From: Giardia intestinalis
Lineage: Eukaryota
NCBI GenBank assembly: GCA_000002435.2
Contig: CM018792.1
Length of the DNA: 64,000 nucleotides
Strand: one strand, 5' to 3'
Shown here: piece by piece, positions 61,001 to 64,000 of the stretch
How positions within the stretch are numbered: position 1 is the stretch's first letter
How the letters are laid out: each line of letters starts with the position of its first letter
Made by a program: the position numbers and the translations under genes
Notes under the pieces: model-generated
The model's input: the letters and a program-made list of their open reading frames with translations, nothing else
Told to the model about the DNA's origin: nothing
Databases searched by the model: none

Positions 61001-61324
61001 CTATGCGAAGAGTGTGGGCGTCAGGGCTTAGTCATTAACGGCACATGTTTTCCGAGCCATTGTGTGCAAGTAAGCAATGGTACCTATACTATATGTAATA
61101 ATTATGGAAGCTGTGAAAGATCTTTCCTCGGAAATAGTGAGGATACTTACCGTTGTGCATGCAGATTGCCAAGTGTAGACATAAAGGATGGAGGATGCTA
61201 CTCTCCTCTATGTATTCCAGACCCGATATCTCGCCTGGTTTGCAATGGACACGGGTTCTGTGATGGAGGACACTGTATTTGTCAAAAGGGATATAAGGGG
61301 AGGCGCTGCGAGCATAAGTCATAG
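58043..61324 (+). CDS. Secreted cysteine-rich EGF-repeat protein (tenascin-like / high-cysteine, non-VSP), 1093 aa. Has a signal peptide and no C-terminal TM or CRGKA.
   Basis: N-terminal signal MKFFKTACCLVGFLASVSTDA, then about 25 EGF-like modules of the form C-x-G-x-C...Y-x-C-x-C-x(2)-G-Y-x-G (e.g. CNSRGVCQQGHGDSYRCHCDD; CSGHGVCEIDSCLCFGEYTGPEC). Ends ...CICQKGYKGRRCEHKS without a hydrophobic anchor. Confidence 0.65.
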   Translation: MKFFKTACCLVGFLASVSTDAHPDEVASTGKTHYFKKSLSKPLLRTSFDIKESNRCKWNEVYVHEKCVPRECVYEGVECNSRGVCQQGHGDSYRCHCDDDMHYLPDWGCVPTPCIGDTPIPCQGGICSEVLAGLYACECLPGMVFAGYCAIPTCIQHPEQGVCSRVGVCADTCQCPPLHAGDYCEMCTNDAQMVGGKCISHACIDTSGLVCSGRGICAGVNPNFYCACNENYIAINSSTCVHRNCIDASYEPLVCHGHGECIDNRCSCDDQWWGSFCERPAEPCMPTEVFVDGSCFPRSCVVENSICNTHGDCIGGVCHCYTYASAHSTLLCYPTTCLFDRNGYMVPCPHGQCTYESQMLGYQCRCYNGYVKIDKECQPSYCVSDIYQSKASLCGGVGFCDLDHGCLCPQSITGRYCTLTTFATTLSRQFPRLNIFALCEDGFLLINGSCVSKACLTGEKEVCYGDRGYCVHTQRYGWGCRCYSHYTGPTCSVCSSKGVMINGQCIPALCTVLLSSGDYVECGGHGVCNISTQPNDSSDPMEVIVCVCDDLSYPIEKTCISKTCITTSPFLKSDFRIICSGHGVCEIDSCLCFGEYTGPECSYRNDLICVDGYQPIDGKCVPSECVYIDTICGGHGECISFESGSNSCKCYEGFSLTSIYGCQPTVCVNSEGLLCKDGTCVQISPNAYECQCQEEYAASHGECHPRECVDWNGNLCNTDRGRCIYDTRFSSFRCECLDGYSGVFCAQCSNYAVRINGVCVPPQCYIDDGNNVHICGGFGTCIYQYKKASYCVCDDGAAVQANGQCASWACVQPGLVTNMACSGFGICANERCICNSIFYGTYCEKVQPNCGPAQIFIKSKEECIPLVCVSNETICNDHGECIRGETTNGVVRAFCQCSPGYALYNNTLCVPPGCIIHGELCPDGHCTNDLIAPCICDDNYTWTGVECTPNICLNGKDMYGKYIICSARGSCDSKQGCNCLSIYEGKLCEECGRQGLVINGTCFPSHCVQVSNGTYTICNNYGSCERSFLGNSEDTYRCACRLPSVDIKDGGCYSPLCIPDPISRLVCNGHGFCDGGHCICQKGYKGRRCEHKS

Positions 61325-61344
61325 CTCCAATTGCTTCTACTAGT

Positions 61345-61998
61345 TTACATACCGTCAAGACGTAATGAATCAGCCACGTCAGAAATAGCTAGGTTGCTGT
61401 ACTCCTCGTACACATACTTTGTCACTGTTTCAACTGCTGCCTGGACATCTTTAAACCAGGCACAATGCTCGTACAACAGGGGCCTGATAAACGGAAAGAT
61501 GGCAAAGGAAAGACACACAACACACACAGGGATATGTATGCTTATGTATAGAGACATAACACCTATTGCCAGAAAAATCGCAAGAATATTTGTGGGGCGG
61601 TGGAAGATTCCGAGCGAATCTACTCTATCACTGACGATAGCCAAGAATGAGAAAAGGTATTCTACAGCATCATCGCGCTGCGTAATGTTGCGCACGGGCT
61701 CACTGAGTAGGGAACGGGTGTACGGGAGCTCGTTTGTAACCCGCAGGGTATAGATTAATACGTATCCTGTCAGTATGTTGAACAGTGCATTACTAGGACT
61801 GTACCGCACAATTAAGAAAAGCAAGAGGGCAGAAGCAGCGTTGAACGTGGCTGCCGCTATATTGCTCTGCTGGAAACCGTTTGCAACGATAAGGATATAC
61901 TGCATGTAGGGATTCATCCGCACAATGATGGCGTCTCGGTATGTGCAGACCTTCTTCACGTTGGTAGAGTCTGATACATACTCCGTTAACCAGCCCAT
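61345..61998 (-). CDS. Hypothetical multi-pass membrane protein (about 217 aa from ATG 61998), possibly Yip1/PRA1-like.
   Basis: Four to five hydrophobic helices in the C-terminal two-thirds. The family guess is weak. Confidence 0.35.
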   Translation of the reverse strand: MGWLTEYVSDSTNVKKVCTYRDAIIVRMNPYMQYILIVANGFQQSNIAAATFNAASALLLFLIVRYSPSNALFNILTGYVLIYTLRVTNELPYTRSLLSEPVRNITQRDDAVEYLFSFLAIVSDRVDSLGIFHRPTNILAIFLAIGVMSLYISIHIPVCVVCLSFAIFPFIRPLLYEHCAWFKDVQAAVETVTKYVYEEYSNLAISDVADSLRLDGM

Positions 61999-62275
61999 TT
62001 CCCTCTTCTGAATTTCAAATCTCAAATATAAAGGGGGGTATTTGATTTCGCTGGTCAGCAGGCCCCGTAACCGCCCAGTAAAATCACTTTAATGACCAGG
62101 ACACCAAGTTGTGTCTTCCTGTAGGACTTTGTCTAAACTATTTTGAACAAAAAATGAGAGGTTAGCTATTGGAAAGCAGGAGCATGCACACGTGTAAAAG
62201 TGAGGACAACTTATTTTGCCGGTGGTCAAACCCTATAAATGAACTTTAAATGTTTTAAAGCTTACGGAATTTTAA

Positions 62276-63172
62276 ATGAAGCTCTTTCTCCTCGCCGCTG
62301 CAGCTTTCTCTGCGCCCGCCCTGACGGTCTCCGAGCTTAACCACATCAAGTCCCTGAATCCCAGGTGGAAGGCGGGCATCCCGAAGCGCTTCGAGGGGCT
62401 CACGAAGGATGAGATCTCGAGCCTCCTGATGCCTGTTTCCTTCCTCAAGCGCGATAGGGCTGCGGTTCCCCGTGGGACCGTGTCCGCCACGCAGGCCCCC
62501 GACTCCTTTGACTTCCGCGAGGAGTATCCCCACTGCATCCCCGAGGTTGTCGACCAGGGCGGATGCGGCTCCTGCTGGGCCTTCTCCTCCGTAGCTTCCG
62601 TCGGCGACCGCCGATGCTTTGCTGGCCTCGACAAGAAAGCCGTCAAGTACTCCCCGCAGTATGTGGTCTCCTGCGACCGTGGAGACATGGCTTGCGACGG
62701 CGGCTGGCTCCCGAGCGTCTGGAGATTCCTCACCAAGACTGGAACGACCACCGACGAGTGCGTCCCTTACCAGAGCGGCAGCACCGGCGCCCGCGGCACC
62801 TGCCCGACGAAGTGCGCCGATGGCAGCGACCTGCCCATCTACAAGGCCACAAAGGCTGTCGACTATGGTCTGGACTGCGACCTTATCATGAAGGCTCTCG
62901 CCACGGGCGGCCCTCTCCAGACCGCCTTCACCGTTTACTCCGATTTCATGTACTATGAGGGCGGCGTCTACCAGCACACCTACGGAAGAGTCGAGGGTGG
63001 TCACGCAGTCGAGATGGTGGGCTACGGCACAGACGAGTACGACGTTGACTACTGGATCATCCGCAACTCCTGGGGCCCTGACTGGGGTGAGGACGGCTAC
63101 TTCCGCATCATTCGCATGACGAACGAGTGCGGCATTGAAGAGCAAGTAATAGGTGGGTTCTTTGAGAACTAA
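62276..63172 (+). CDS. Cathepsin B-like papain-family (C1) cysteine protease.
   Basis: Signal peptide; active-site QGGCGSCWAFSSVASVGD (Cys), His region GGHAVEMVGYG, and NSWGPDWGEDGYFRI (Asn). Confidence 0.9.
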   Translation: MKLFLLAAAAFSAPALTVSELNHIKSLNPRWKAGIPKRFEGLTKDEISSLLMPVSFLKRDRAAVPRGTVSATQAPDSFDFREEYPHCIPEVVDQGGCGSCWAFSSVASVGDRRCFAGLDKKAVKYSPQYVVSCDRGDMACDGGWLPSVWRFLTKTGTTTDECVPYQSGSTGARGTCPTKCADGSDLPIYKATKAVDYGLDCDLIMKALATGGPLQTAFTVYSDFMYYEGGVYQHTYGRVEGGHAVEMVGYGTDEYDVDYWIIRNSWGPDWGEDGYFRIIRMTNECGIEEQVIGGFFEN

Positions 63173-63198
63173 CTGGTGAATCCATTTTATAGTAAATC

Positions 63199-63651
63199 AT
63201 GGCCAGGAGGGTCTTCTTTGCTATCGAGGGCGTTGTGAGCCTTGGGGGCGCCCACGTGCTCACCCAGGTGGACACTGGTGCTGTCACAAGCTCTCTGAAT
63301 GCTCGGAACGTGTTTGTCGCCAGGAAGAGCACGGGATCCATGCCTCTATGCGTCAGCTTTACAATGATATCCCGCTTCGATGGCAAGGAAAGGGAATACG
63401 AATTCTTCGATGTCCCAGGTCGGTACTATAAGCAAAATGAGGTTATAGTTGTAATTCCTGCGGTGCTGTGTGATCTGACACCGGTCCCCTACGAAATCCA
63501 ACTATACACTAAACTTCGGGACCGCGCTTCTTCTGTGTATGATCTCAGCATAGGACTAGATGTGTTTAGCCAATTACAAACCCAGTATAAGGTCAGGCCT
63601 TTTCTTCAAGTCACCAATTCAACTGGTCAGATTAACGTCTCAGGGCATTAA
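63199..63651 (+). CDS. Hypothetical protein, 150 aa, no domain recognised.
   Basis: Track ORF 27 bp downstream of the cathepsin gene, with coding-like composition. Confidence 0.35.
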   Translation: MARRVFFAIEGVVSLGGAHVLTQVDTGAVTSSLNARNVFVARKSTGSMPLCVSFTMISRFDGKEREYEFFDVPGRYYKQNEVIVVIPAVLCDLTPVPYEIQLYTKLRDRASSVYDLSIGLDVFSQLQTQYKVRPFLQVTNSTGQINVSGH

Positions 63652-64000
63652 AAGCACTATATAGACCTTCCGTATAGATATATGGGGTCACAACTATTAA
63701 AGAGTGGCAATTTCCTTTACTACAAATCTGAAGGGAGCTTCAAACAGCACAAAACTGTCTATTTTCCTTTGATTCCCTACGGAATCTGTATGTCCATCCC
63801 ATTCGGAATATAGTGCCACGGATAGTAGCCCGATGCTCTAGATAGGTAGCTACAAAGCTCGATGAGCGTCTCTGATGTAGCTTAACGGAGGCTGTTGCAA
63901 TCATTGAGCCTCCTCCAGAGCAGCATCCCATTAAAGCATATCAAGACCTCCATAGTGCATGATAACCATGCGTTATAGATGCTCAAGCCACGCTGTACAA

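Noticed and set aside
62255-63145. 296-aa minus-strand ORF (and the nested 159-aa ORF).
   Set aside because: Antisense shadow of the cathepsin B gene.
1-64000. CRISPR arrays, operons or prokaryotic mobile elements.
   Set aside because: The sequence is clearly eukaryotic (Giardia): eukaryotic ribosomal proteins, an ESCRT-III subunit, a Tctex dynein light chain and a NEK kinase. No short direct-repeat/spacer arrays were seen.

Overview
This 64-kb window reads as nuclear DNA from Giardia intestinalis (a diplomonad): the genome is compact and intron-poor, and the cargo is lineage-typical. Evidence: a variant-specific surface protein (VSP) ending in the TM-CRGKA tail, CXXC-rich high-cysteine membrane proteins, an ankyrin 'protein 21.1' family member, a NEK kinase, short AT-rich initiator regions immediately upstream of each ATG, and AGTRAAY polyadenylation signals a few bp after stop codons. 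Most of the window is ordinary housekeeping and cytoskeletal genes on both strands: ribosomal proteins L7 and L3, a CHMP1-like ESCRT-III subunit, a Rad6-like E2, an FCP/SCP-type phosphatase, two tandem Tctex-1 dynein light chains, a SERF/4F5 homolog, WD40 and Kelch proteins, cathepsin B, and a tRNA-Leu(TAG) between two protein genes. The outstanding structure is an apparently perfect ~5.26-kb inverted repeat (arms 21979..27240 and 29955..35216, mirror sum 57195). Each arm carries a complete, identical 747-aa VSP gene; the two copies lie head-to-head around a 2.7-kb unique spacer holding a frameshifted non-LTR retrotransposon remnant (RT plus REL-endonuclease, GilM/GilT/GilD-like). If transcribed through, this locus would give a multi-kb VSP hairpin dsRNA, so it is a candidate endogenous trigger for the RNAi-based VSP silencing described in this organism. 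The window also contains two divergent paralogs of the OSCA/TMEM63/CSC1 (DUF221) mechano/osmo-gated cation channel family, identifiable from conserved motifs. Three other notable items are a 3.4-kb GC-rich ORF-less tract left of the palindrome, a secreted EGF-repeat (tenascin-like) protein, and an N-terminally complete HCMP gene running off the left edge. Many ORFs in the supplied track are antisense shadows of real genes and were discounted. Note that the track uses GTG/TTG starts displayed as M.
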